A DNA stretch of 64,000 bases from positions 8,719 through 72,718 of the forward strand of contig MESW01000003.1 in NCBI GenBank assembly GCA_001771135.1, given 5' to 3'. Origin of the DNA: a candidate division CPR3 bacterium GWF2_35_18. GTDB lineage: Bacteria; Patescibacteriota; CPR3; GWF2-35-18. The position numbers and the translations under genes were made by a program. A model generated the notes under the pieces. That model worked only from the letters and a program-made list of their open reading frames with translations, had not been told where the DNA came from and did no database searches. This document shows, piece after piece, positions 37,984-47,074 of the stretch (position 1 is its first letter; each line of letters begins with the position of its first letter).

Positions 37984-40329
37984 TTAGTTTGGCACACCGA
38001 GCAAGTCCAACAGACTGCGTTCGAGATGAGGATTGAACCAACCGCGCCATCCTGGAGGTGGACCCATTCTTTTCTTTGCTTCTTCAGGACCTTCTACCCC
38101 ATCCAACTGTTGTTCCATTGATTCATAACCAGAAGGGGGTTTTACTTCCCAAAGATTTGAGAGGGTTACATTTGGAGGGTAAAACACTTCGGCCAGCCGG
38201 TGCTTGCGATTCGGTTCATTACTGAAGACTAAGGCAACAGGGAAATCGTTTAAGATTGCCTGACCAAAGTTCTCCACGATGCTGGCGAAGCTGTGGAATA
38301 TACCGAAGAAACCGGTATTGTACTTCCGACAGGTGTTCATCACGATACTGAAGGATCGGCGAAAGTTTTTTGTTACCACTGGAGCTTGATCTCCAATGAC
38401 GGAATCTCGCTCAGCTTCTGACGCCGCAACCATATCGTCCACGATGACAACCATCTCTTCACCTAAATCGCAGGCCAGCTTTCCGACTGCTGGAATCGTG
38501 ATTTCCTGAATTAGTCTCAGGTATTCCAGATAGACAAACTGATTTCCCGATTCTCTGCGAATCACCCAAGGAAAGCCTAAAATCCGACCATTCTTTTTGA
38601 TTTGCTGCACCAATATTTCGGTGCTGGCCATAACTTCTTTCCGAAGCTGAACTGCCATTTGATTGAACTGCTCAGGGCTTTCGGGATTACCGAAGGTGTA
38701 GATCGGTGCTTGGCCTCCAAGCTTAATCGCCAACTCGCTGGTCCACGGTTCTTGGGTATCTGAAACATGCAGAACGATAACGTTCCTCGTTCGCATGTAG
38801 GCTGATATGACTGCCATTACCGTTTTCCCCGAACCTGATGGGCCTAAGAATAACGCCGATGGGGTTTTGTCCCATGAGACGAGACGATGAGTTACCGGAT
38901 GACGACCGAGTGGCCAGGCTCCGCCAGAAACGCCCACAGCTTCGGTGCTGTCCGCAACGACCTTGAGCATTTCACTCCACTTCCGGACGGCGAAGCGTTT
39001 TGCTTGATAAGCAGTTACAGGAGTCGCCATTAGATTGAGGAACCAATCCCAGACCTTTCCCGTCATTCGGAAGAACCGATTGTTTGAGTATTGACGTTGA
39101 ATAGGAGTGGTTCCAATCTTCCAAGGCGATCCAGGAATCATACTATACAGTGTTCTGCGAAGATAATCCGGATCTTGGTTTTCGACACCCATCACGCGTT
39201 CGTGGCGAGAAGGCAGACTATTTTCTGTCTGAGTTAGATCTATTTCCGTACCTGCCGCCATGACCAAAACCGATGTCCAGATTTCCGGACTAGAGAGGTT
39301 CTCTTGCTCGATACAAACATGAACATCGAGAGAGAAAAGCACCTCCCATTCCTCTTTTGTCGCCGGATACACTCGCCAAAGGGCAACGTGTTTGTCGCCA
39401 TGAGTATAATCGGCTTCATGAAAACGAAGATCTGGCAAAGCTCCGAGAATTGGCTTTGGCATGGGATTGTCACCATGGGTTGTTGACCCTGAAGTGAGGA
39501 ATGCATATGCCAGATTTGCCCATTGTGATGGGTTTAAAGGTGTAGCTCCCGCTAATGCGGTAGTCGCCATTTTGGGATTGAAACAGTGATTAGCCAGTCC
39601 GGTCATGACAAGCATTCGTCCACGATCATTTGCACCAGCCGCATAATACCGTTCTAGCTCCTGGTGAAGATTTACCCAGAGAGCATTTCCTGGCATCTGC
39701 CGTGTGGCGGTTGTGATTAACTGATGAAACGCTCTATTGTCGTGTGGAACACTCATTGAAATCATTTTCCACCACATTGGATTGACTCCGCGACCAGATG
39801 GATCGAGTAAATGGTCAGCAAGCATCGGTGGCGTTTGATGAACACCAACGACCATTGATCGACCATCATTTACCGAATTTGAATCAATCGGTATCAGAAT
39901 GGCAACAGGACCATTAACACCTACCGGAGTATAAGACTGCACTTTAAAGCCATAAAGCGCTTCCGCTTCAGCCACAAGATCTTCAATGGGCATTGGCGCG
40001 AACGGCATGCTAGCGTGTAGAATTTGGGTCAAAGCCGGGTGGCCGCGACCTTTGATCGTTATTGTGGCTGGAACTGGTCCTTGCGCAGTAACGTGGCGTT
40101 TTCCTTCTCGACCTGGAATTTGAGATTTACCGATGGTTTGGCCAATCACAACAGTTTCCAGACCTAAACGTAGAGAAGCTTTGAAGAAAGGAGTGTCGCT
40201 TTTGATAGTAAGCAATCCAGCTTGACGAAGTTCAAAATGATTATATCCGTTCGGACTCATTACCCGAACATCTGCCAACACCGATGGTGGTGGCAATTGA
40301 AAGAGGGAGGGTAAGTTTGTATTTTTCAT
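37984..40329 (-). CDS. VirB4/TraC/TrbE-family conjugation/secretion ATPase-like protein
   Basis: 781 aa; Walker A LFLGPSGSGKT in C-terminal half; Walker B MVVIVDDMVAASEAE; RKYNTGFFGIFHS resembles VirB4 motif (…RKfN…ATQS); size as VirB4. Confidence 0.65.
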   Translation of the reverse strand: MKNTNLPSLFQLPPPSVLADVRVMSPNGYNHFELRQAGLLTIKSDTPFFKASLRLGLETVVIGQTIGKSQIPGREGKRHVTAQGPVPATITIKGRGHPALTQILHASMPFAPMPIEDLVAEAEALYGFKVQSYTPVGVNGPVAILIPIDSNSVNDGRSMVVGVHQTPPMLADHLLDPSGRGVNPMWWKMISMSVPHDNRAFHQLITTATRQMPGNALWVNLHQELERYYAAGANDRGRMLVMTGLANHCFNPKMATTALAGATPLNPSQWANLAYAFLTSGSTTHGDNPMPKPILGALPDLRFHEADYTHGDKHVALWRVYPATKEEWEVLFSLDVHVCIEQENLSSPEIWTSVLVMAAGTEIDLTQTENSLPSRHERVMGVENQDPDYLRRTLYSMIPGSPWKIGTTPIQRQYSNNRFFRMTGKVWDWFLNLMATPVTAYQAKRFAVRKWSEMLKVVADSTEAVGVSGGAWPLGRHPVTHRLVSWDKTPSALFLGPSGSGKTVMAVISAYMRTRNVIVLHVSDTQEPWTSELAIKLGGQAPIYTFGNPESPEQFNQMAVQLRKEVMASTEILVQQIKKNGRILGFPWVIRRESGNQFVYLEYLRLIQEITIPAVGKLACDLGEEMVVIVDDMVAASEAERDSVIGDQAPVVTKNFRRSFSIVMNTCRKYNTGFFGIFHSFASIVENFGQAILNDFPVALVFSNEPNRKHRLAEVFYPPNVTLSNLWEVKPPSGYESMEQQLDGVEGPEEAKKRMGPPPGWRGWFNPHLERSLLDLLGVPN

Positions 40330-40520
40330 GCCTTTCTCCTTGCGGAATGGGACCGGGGGCGGAACAGCGCCCGGCTATTACAAAACTCGCTTTTGTAAGC
40401 GAGATAACCAACATATTTATTTTTATTTGCTTTTTTAAATGTGCCTGTCTCTTCCTCCTTTTAGACTCTTTGATTAATAAGAATTATTTCCAGAATACAA
40501 AGAATCAAAAGGAGAGAGAG

Positions 40521-40567
40521 GAATGATCCGTACAACGAGTGTTGTGCGTCCGTTATACGGATCATTC
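40521..40567. repeat. 12-bp-arm perfect palindrome GAATGATCCGTA-N23-TACGGATCATTC
   Basis: Inverted repeat read directly; lies between VirB3-like and VirB4-like genes; loop carries smaller hairpins. Confidence 0.8.
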
Positions 40568-40596
40568 TTTATTGTAGTCTCGTTGTTCCTCTCTTT

Positions 40597-40857
40597 CTAC
40601 TGAGGTTTAGGGTTTTCGAGTTTGTGCTTCACGGAGAAGCGAATAAAGGCGATCAGTCGCCAGCATCCAACTCCGATCAGATACAAGCCGAAGATACCCA
40701 TTTCGATGAGAATCAACTGAATCAAGCCGATCCGGAAGATCATGGGTCCAATGATCCAGCTGAAAACGATAACAAAAGCCAGGGTGATGATGACCAGGAT
40801 GGTCAACACCGTGGGCTTCTCACCTTGATTTGTAAGGAGATACATCAGTTTTTTCAT
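40597..40857 (-). CDS. VirB3-like small 2-TM membrane protein
   Basis: 86 aa, two hydrophobic helices; directly upstream of VirB4-like gene; ATGA overlap with the VirB6-like upstream gene. Confidence 0.5.
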   Translation of the reverse strand: MKKLMYLLTNQGEKPTVLTILVIITLAFVIVFSWIIGPMIFRIGLIQLILIEMGIFGLYLIGVGCWRLIAFIRFSVKHKLENPKPQ

Positions 40858-42344
40858 GATTCTTCTCCTGAAGTGTGTGTCTCTACATAATGAACAACAG
40901 CTTCTTCGGCAATAGAACCAGCAATCGGAGCAGCTTCTGGTGCACCCAAAGCAGTTGCGGCGGTAGCTCCAGCTATATATCCGATTTCTCCAAGGAGTTC
41001 TCCATTTACGTTTCGTTGCTCGACTTTCGTAGGAACGCCGTTGACCGATACATCGTCACCAGAAATTTCCGGATAAACCTGGCTTCCAGCTCGCGCATAA
41101 ACAGTGCCATCAGGACCAACAATATCCTCTGAAGCAAAGTAACGCTCTTCAGGTGCTGGAGTATTTTCCGGTAGGACGTTTGGATCAGCGTTAGGAAGAG
41201 TTTCTTTTCCAGTTTGAGAGTCATCACCGTCTGTAGGAATTCCAGTCGTTGGAGCAGGAGTGATGATGGGTTTACCATCGCTACCGTCGTTTACCGGTCG
41301 GAATTCTCCTTCGACGATCTCTGACTCAGAGGTGCTTGGAGATGGAGTCTTTCCATTACCGCCATGACCACCATTACCACCGCCATTGGTTTGACCAGTT
41401 GGAAGCTGACGCTGACCTGGCTTAGGCGCTGGGGCGTTGGGATTACTGACTTTGATATCAGGATCTTTATCCTTATGACGGGATAAAATCCATGTCTGGA
41501 AACCTTCCCAAAGCGTTTCCGCTTTGTCGTCCCACCAGCTATGGTCATGTCCATCTTCATCTTCGGGCAGCATGGATTTGATGACCGTGAGTCCGGCGAT
41601 GATCGGGAAGATCAGTAAAGCTCCCATAAGGAAGGCATAAGTGGAACCTGGCTGGTTCATGTTTGCAGCAAGCAACTGCATCATGAGACCCCAACTCAAG
41701 TCCATAAGAAGAAAGAGACCAAAGGCAGTAAACCAAGCCATGATTGGTTTCAGGCTTTTACGGAAAATCGCCATTGGGATGAGGATAATCGGCGCAATTG
41801 CGAGGAGGATCTCGTACGCCAGATGGCCTGCGAGATAGCCGTACGTTAGTGGAATGCCCACGAACGACATGAAGTCGACGCTCGTGTTGAGGCTGAGCCA
41901 GTCAACCGTGAATCCCATTGCCCTCCGGGCAAGATCAGGGCCGATGCCGAATACTTGCCATAGCAATTTGCCGATTTCATCCGCCATGGTATAGGTGACA
42001 AATGGTGCCGGTAGGACAAACATCATCTCTAGCCAAAACCAGTGCCGTTTAGCAATCGCTTCGGGAACATTTTCCCTTTTTACCGCCGACACAATTACAT
42101 TCAGGCAGAAAATCAGGAATAGTCCTAGACCAATTGCAAGCATTCCCCATACCAAGACAGGATTGGAGTCAAAGATTTGCTGGATACTACTGACATTGAT
42201 CCAAGCTTTGTTCTCAAAATCAATGACTCCATTGACGAATGTTTCGACTTGATCAATTAATTCGCCGGCAGCGCTGCACCCGGTCAACAGAGTTGACAGG
42301 AGCACGACGCCGGACAGGCGCAGCACGAGTTTAGTTTTTTTCAT
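40854..42344 (-). CDS. VirB6/TrbL-like polytopic membrane lipoprotein with long disordered Pro/Gly/Asp-rich C-terminal tail
   Basis: 496 aa; lipobox LLTGCS; >=5 TM helices; C-terminal ~200 aa low complexity. Confidence 0.5.
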   Translation of the reverse strand: MKKTKLVLRLSGVVLLSTLLTGCSAAGELIDQVETFVNGVIDFENKAWINVSSIQQIFDSNPVLVWGMLAIGLGLFLIFCLNVIVSAVKRENVPEAIAKRHWFWLEMMFVLPAPFVTYTMADEIGKLLWQVFGIGPDLARRAMGFTVDWLSLNTSVDFMSFVGIPLTYGYLAGHLAYEILLAIAPIILIPMAIFRKSLKPIMAWFTAFGLFLLMDLSWGLMMQLLAANMNQPGSTYAFLMGALLIFPIIAGLTVIKSMLPEDEDGHDHSWWDDKAETLWEGFQTWILSRHKDKDPDIKVSNPNAPAPKPGQRQLPTGQTNGGGNGGHGGNGKTPSPSTSESEIVEGEFRPVNDGSDGKPIITPAPTTGIPTDGDDSQTGKETLPNADPNVLPENTPAPEERYFASEDIVGPDGTVYARAGSQVYPEISGDDVSVNGVPTKVEQRNVNGELLGEIGYIAGATAATALGAPEAAPIAGSIAEEAVVHYVETHTSGEES

Positions 42345-42361
42345 AGTCGTGCTCCTTAGCG

Positions 42362-42700
42362 TTACTGGTTGAGGTTGATGCCGTTGCTGGCGAGACTGAT
42401 CAACCAGTTAATCAAGGCGATAGCTGCGTTGATAATCGTCATGATGAGGCCGGCTCCGTTGACCGCCAGATTGATGAGGTCGGTGAGCATGAAGATGCCG
42501 AAACCGATCCAGCCAATAGTTACAGCCACGTTTTTGAGGTGGCTATTGGCTCCGGACTTGATTTTGTCATCTGACGACATCTTGGCCTGGATGGTGTACC
42601 AGAGGGCTGCAACTAAGCAGATAAGTGCCGTAAGAACGCCCAAGATGGCACCACCATAGAGCATTGCCTGAAATGCAGCAGGTGCTGTATTGATAGTCAT
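42362..42700 (-). CDS. VirB2/TrbC pilin-like small 2-TM protein
   Basis: 112 aa; hydrophobic-hydrophilic-hydrophobic layout typical of T4SS pilin-like subunits; first gene of module. Confidence 0.45.
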   Translation of the reverse strand: MTINTAPAAFQAMLYGGAILGVLTALICLVAALWYTIQAKMSSDDKIKSGANSHLKNVAVTIGWIGFGIFMLTDLINLAVNGAGLIMTIINAAIALINWLISLASNGINLNQ

Positions 42701-43211
42701 AGCGGAATTCTCCTTTCGAGATAGTCTTGAACATAGTTTTTAGTTGATCTTACTTGATATCAGGACAAACTTAATCTTAGATTTGGTTCGGATGCCTCCT
42801 TAATCTGAATAGGCGGAGGGGCTTTTTGGCGCCTCCATAGTTTTATCGGCCTATGGCCGGATTGAACGAGTTAGGTTTGAAATGTGCTATTTAATTTATT
42901 AATTCCCCTAAATCTAATTTTTTAAAAATGATAAAAAATTAATTTCAGATAATTAATTACGCGAAAAAACGGCACTTTAGGTGTCGTTTCTCTCGATTAA
43001 TATTAAATTTTATCTCTCTCAAAAAGGGGTAAATAATAGTAAAGTTGTTGGGGATTAACGTTTACTATTAAAATTTTCTATTACTTTCTGCTTTAAGCAA
43101 ACAAATGACTTTGTTTTCTTAAGGTAAAAAGAGTGTCTTGGGTGGTAAAAAAGATATAGATGAAGCGAATAATTGCTAGATGTATATGTTTTTTCAAGAC
43201 ACTTCCTGAAA

Positions 43212-43257
43212 GGGAGTCGCCTGACGGCGGACTTCAAGCCAAGCGGCTCCCTTTTTT
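43212..43257 (+). terminator. Orphan plus-strand intrinsic terminator (GC-rich hairpin + T6) in island intergenic region
   Basis: AGGGAGTCGCC…GGCGGA…GCGGCTCCC hairpin followed by TTTTTT; no plus-strand CDS upstream. Confidence 0.45.
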
Positions 43258-43389
43258 GGAATTGTGTGGAGCGCGCAGGCGGATGGCAGTTAGCCTATGA
43301 AATTTGGATCAAGGGTACGAATACCCAAGACCTCAGGTATGTTTGTTAAACATGTGGTTGAAGGTTTTTCTCCTTGAACGAAAAGTGAA

Positions 43390-44142
43390 TCAGACGGCGA
43401 CAGGGGTCGGCGCAGGGAAGATCTGCCGGAAATCGGCAATCATTTCGGCCGTCATGTTGATGCCAGCGAGATGTTCATCGGTCATCGTGATGATCTCTTC
43501 CAGCGTGCGGCCGGTTGCGTCCAGGTGGACACCGGTGCCATTGCTGAAGAACAGGCTGGGCTTCAGGTCGGTCATCGCGTAAAAGTTCTCGCTGAGCTTG
43601 ATCAGATCAGCCTTAGCATCTTTGGCCATCTGGGCGACAGCTTTCGGACTGTAGAATCCCCGCTCGGGATTCTCCTGATTCCGATATTGCGCACGGTGGG
43701 CCTTGAGGACCCGACCGAAGGTGGCTGACAGACTCATGGAGCGATCGCGGAAATCTGGGTCAACGAACCGAACCAGTGCCTTGAAGATGGGATTCGCCAT
43801 CAGGACGCCCAGTTCCTTCTGGCCGGCTTCCGCCTGATCGAGAGCCCAATTCCACTGACAATCGCTGAACATGTTCCAGAGACGTTGGACATTGTTGCAG
43901 AAGATGCGGACTTCATCGGCGACCACGTCTAGGAATGCTTCATCGGCGAATTTCAAAACGTCCTGGAGGCGGCGTTGCTCGCCATTGGCTTCGCCAAACT
44001 GTTCTTCGAAATCGGCGCTGAACAGGCCTGTCTGGTTTGGATCGGTAACGATGGCGCGGTGAATGCCGAACAAAGTGCGCATTTTGCCGGCGGCATTTTC
44101 AAAGTCTGAACGAACGGTCTTGAGGGTCAAATTTACAGACAT
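43390..44142 (-). CDS. Island hypothetical cytoplasmic protein
   Basis: 250 aa; AGGAG RBS; GC-rich codons; no recognised motif. Confidence 0.5.
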   Translation of the reverse strand: MSVNLTLKTVRSDFENAAGKMRTLFGIHRAIVTDPNQTGLFSADFEEQFGEANGEQRRLQDVLKFADEAFLDVVADEVRIFCNNVQRLWNMFSDCQWNWALDQAEAGQKELGVLMANPIFKALVRFVDPDFRDRSMSLSATFGRVLKAHRAQYRNQENPERGFYSPKAVAQMAKDAKADLIKLSENFYAMTDLKPSLFFSNGTGVHLDATGRTLEEIITMTDEHLAGINMTAEMIADFRQIFPAPTPVAV

Positions 44143-44895
44143 GAGTTTTTCTCCTAGAGGAAAATGAACGTGAATGGGTGAAATTTTGGAAGGTTAAACT
44201 GACAATTTTGATGCTCTACTAAACTGAAAGTGATTTTTCGATACAGCCTCCTTTGCTAATCGAAACGATTGTGATTTTCCACGTGCTTACGCAGGTGGAT
44301 TTAATAAAATTTCCTTTACCCTTTTGGGCTTGGGAGGGAAAAATACAAATTATTAGGTACTTCTCTATCGGTTAAAACCTCATCGAAGTATAATAACATT
44401 ATGTTCTTCGCTCCCATGCCCAAGGAATTATTTTCCCTGGAGGTCCTTATTACAAAGGGTTTATCTGCATGTCTATTGCTATTAATTTTTAAGTGCGATG
44501 TATTATAGATGTATACTTCAAAAAATAACTAAAAATTGCCCCACGGTTGACGTAGCTGCAAACATGAAATATACAATTTTGCTCTCTCCAACAAGGGCAA
44601 ATGGCAGTCTAAAATTTAAAAAAAGAAACCGCAAAAGAGTAAAATTAAGCGAAAAAAATATGGATTTATTGTCCATATTTTTTAATCTTTCCCAAATTAT
44701 TCTCTTTTAAGATTTCTTCAGCAAGTTTAAAAAGAGGTAAAAGGTTATAATTCTTATTTCTTCAGTCTTAATTGTAATTAACATTGACCTCTTCTTGGTA
44801 TAAGTTATTCTGCGATACTCTAACATACTACAGGTTATTTTGTCAAGAGAAAAAACAAGAAAAAGAGAATAAGCAAAAAAAGATATTTACATAAA

Positions 44896-46992
44896 TTATA
44901 CGGAAAGTTTTTTGATGACATCTCGAATCTGAGCGGCACGTTCGAAATCTAAATTTTTGGCGGAATTGCGCATCAATCTTTGGAGTCTATTTAAAGCCTG
45001 TTTCTTTTGATCGGGAAGCATTTCCGGCCAAGACTCCTCTATTTCAATGAGATCGGAGATATCAATATAAATCTCTTTTTTTGATAACTGAGATTTCCGT
45101 TTTAGATCTTCAGCAATCTCTTCAGTAAGTTCTATCAGTTTGGGACGAATCTGTTTTTTTATCGATTTGGGAACAATGTGATGCTCTTTATTATATCTAT
45201 TTTGAATAAGTCGACGCCTATTTACCTCATTAATAGCTGCTTTCATTGATTTTGTCATATTATCTGCATACATAATGACGTAACCGTTTTCATGACGAGC
45301 CGCTCTACCCATAGTTTGGATGAGGCTGGTAGCGGAGCGTAAAAAAGATTCCTTATCAGCATCTAGAATCGCGACCAAAGAGACTTCCGGAAGATCAAGT
45401 CCTTCTCGCAAAAGGTTAATTCCTACAAGTACATCATACTTACCATTACGTAAATCAGCTAAAATATCGGTACGCTCCAAAGTATCCACATCAGAATGAA
45501 GATACATTGATTTTATTTTTTTCTCTTTGAGGTAGGTAGATAGATCTTCGGACATTTTCTTCGTTAAAGTGGTAATTAAAACTCGTTGACCTTTGTCTAT
45601 CCTTTTGTTAATCTCTTTCAGTAAATCCGGAATCTGACCTTCAGTAGGTCGTATGGAAATCTCTGGATCAATAAGTCCGGTAGGTCGAATCAGTTGTTGC
45701 GTGATTGGCGACCAGGTCTTTTTAAATTTGAACTTTTGCGCTTTACTTCTAGTTAACTCCCACTCTGAAGGTGTGGCGGAAACATAAACGGTTTGGGGCA
45801 TTCTGGCCTGGAATTCATCAAAGTTCAAAGGGCGATTATCAAAAGCGGCTTTGAGACGGAAACCGTAATCAATCAGGGTCTGTTTACGGGAACGATCACC
45901 GGCATACATTCCCCCGATTTGGGGTACAGTCATATGTGATTCATCAATCATCAGAAGCCAGTTATTATTTTCTGGCTGTTGTTTATTCTTCAATTTAGAA
46001 TCAAATAATCGGAAATAGTCTAGTAAGGTATAGGGAGGATCATTGATCTTTCGACCATCAAAATAGCGAGAGTAGTTTTCTATTCCAGAGCAAAAACCAA
46101 GCTCCCGAATCATTTCCAGATCATATTTAACTCGTTGTTTTAACCTTTCGGCTTCAAGATGATGTCCGTGACTCAAAAACAATTTTACCTCTTTTTCCAT
46201 ATCCGACTCTATTTCCTGTAAAATCTTTTCCCGATTATCTTCTCCGGCAATATAGTGTCGAGCGGAAAAAACTTGAAAGATAGGATATTCAAATTTTTTC
46301 TTCCCATTGATTGGATCAAAAGCATAAATCTGTTTAATTATTTCATTTTCAGTAAATTCTACGCGAGTAGGGCTGTCTTCCCAAGAAGGATAAATGTCAA
46401 ATGAACCACCACGGATACGGAAAGTGCTACGGCGGAAATCAAAATCATTACGTTCGTAATATAACTTCAGAAGTTCTGTAATTAATTTTTTCTGCGGATA
46501 ATGCTTCCCTATTTTTAAGGTAATTATACTTTTCCCAAATTCAATGGGAGAACCAATATTATAGATACAAGAAACTGAAGCAACGACGATCACATCTTTA
46601 CGAGTAAGCAGAGAGGCTGTAGTTGATAATCTCAATTTTTCAATCATATCGTTAATATCAGACTCTTTGTCAATATAAGTATCGGTTTGGGGAATATACG
46701 CTTCTGGTTGATAATAGTCATAATAAGAAACAAAATATTCCACGGCATTATCGGGAAAGAACTCTTTAAATTCCTGAGCAAGTTGAGCGGCTAAAGTTTT
46801 ATTATGAGAGATTACCAGTGTCGGTCGCTGGGTTTTTGCAATTACATTCGCCATAGTAAAGGTTTTTCCACTACCTGTTACGCCAAGTAGAACTTGATCT
46901 TTAACGCCATTATCAAGACCATAAATTAAATTATCAATGGCTTGAGGTTGATCACCGGTAGGTTTAAATTGAGATTGTAATTTAAATTTCAT
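44896..46992 (-). CDS. uvrB: Excinuclease ABC subunit B
   Basis: 698 aa; N-terminal GDQPQAI…GVTGSGKTFT helicase motif I, DESH, C-terminal UVR domain. Confidence 0.95.
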   Translation of the reverse strand: MKFKLQSQFKPTGDQPQAIDNLIYGLDNGVKDQVLLGVTGSGKTFTMANVIAKTQRPTLVISHNKTLAAQLAQEFKEFFPDNAVEYFVSYYDYYQPEAYIPQTDTYIDKESDINDMIEKLRLSTTASLLTRKDVIVVASVSCIYNIGSPIEFGKSIITLKIGKHYPQKKLITELLKLYYERNDFDFRRSTFRIRGGSFDIYPSWEDSPTRVEFTENEIIKQIYAFDPINGKKKFEYPIFQVFSARHYIAGEDNREKILQEIESDMEKEVKLFLSHGHHLEAERLKQRVKYDLEMIRELGFCSGIENYSRYFDGRKINDPPYTLLDYFRLFDSKLKNKQQPENNNWLLMIDESHMTVPQIGGMYAGDRSRKQTLIDYGFRLKAAFDNRPLNFDEFQARMPQTVYVSATPSEWELTRSKAQKFKFKKTWSPITQQLIRPTGLIDPEISIRPTEGQIPDLLKEINKRIDKGQRVLITTLTKKMSEDLSTYLKEKKIKSMYLHSDVDTLERTDILADLRNGKYDVLVGINLLREGLDLPEVSLVAILDADKESFLRSATSLIQTMGRAARHENGYVIMYADNMTKSMKAAINEVNRRRLIQNRYNKEHHIVPKSIKKQIRPKLIELTEEIAEDLKRKSQLSKKEIYIDISDLIEIEESWPEMLPDQKKQALNRLQRLMRNSAKNLDFERAAQIRDVIKKLSV

Positions 46993-47074
46993 AGTATTTC
47001 GGATTATCCTTTGTATTTTACTCTAATTTTCACCTAATTTGAAGTTTCTTTAGATACGCTTTACAATACATGTT

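Noticed and set aside
43055-43237. 60-aa minus-strand ORF in AT-rich island gap
   Set aside because: No RBS, low-complexity; region better explained as promoter/terminator/possible ncRNA.
44498-44710. 70-aa plus-strand ORF between island and uvrB
   Set aside because: AT-rich low-complexity intergenic sequence; no RBS.
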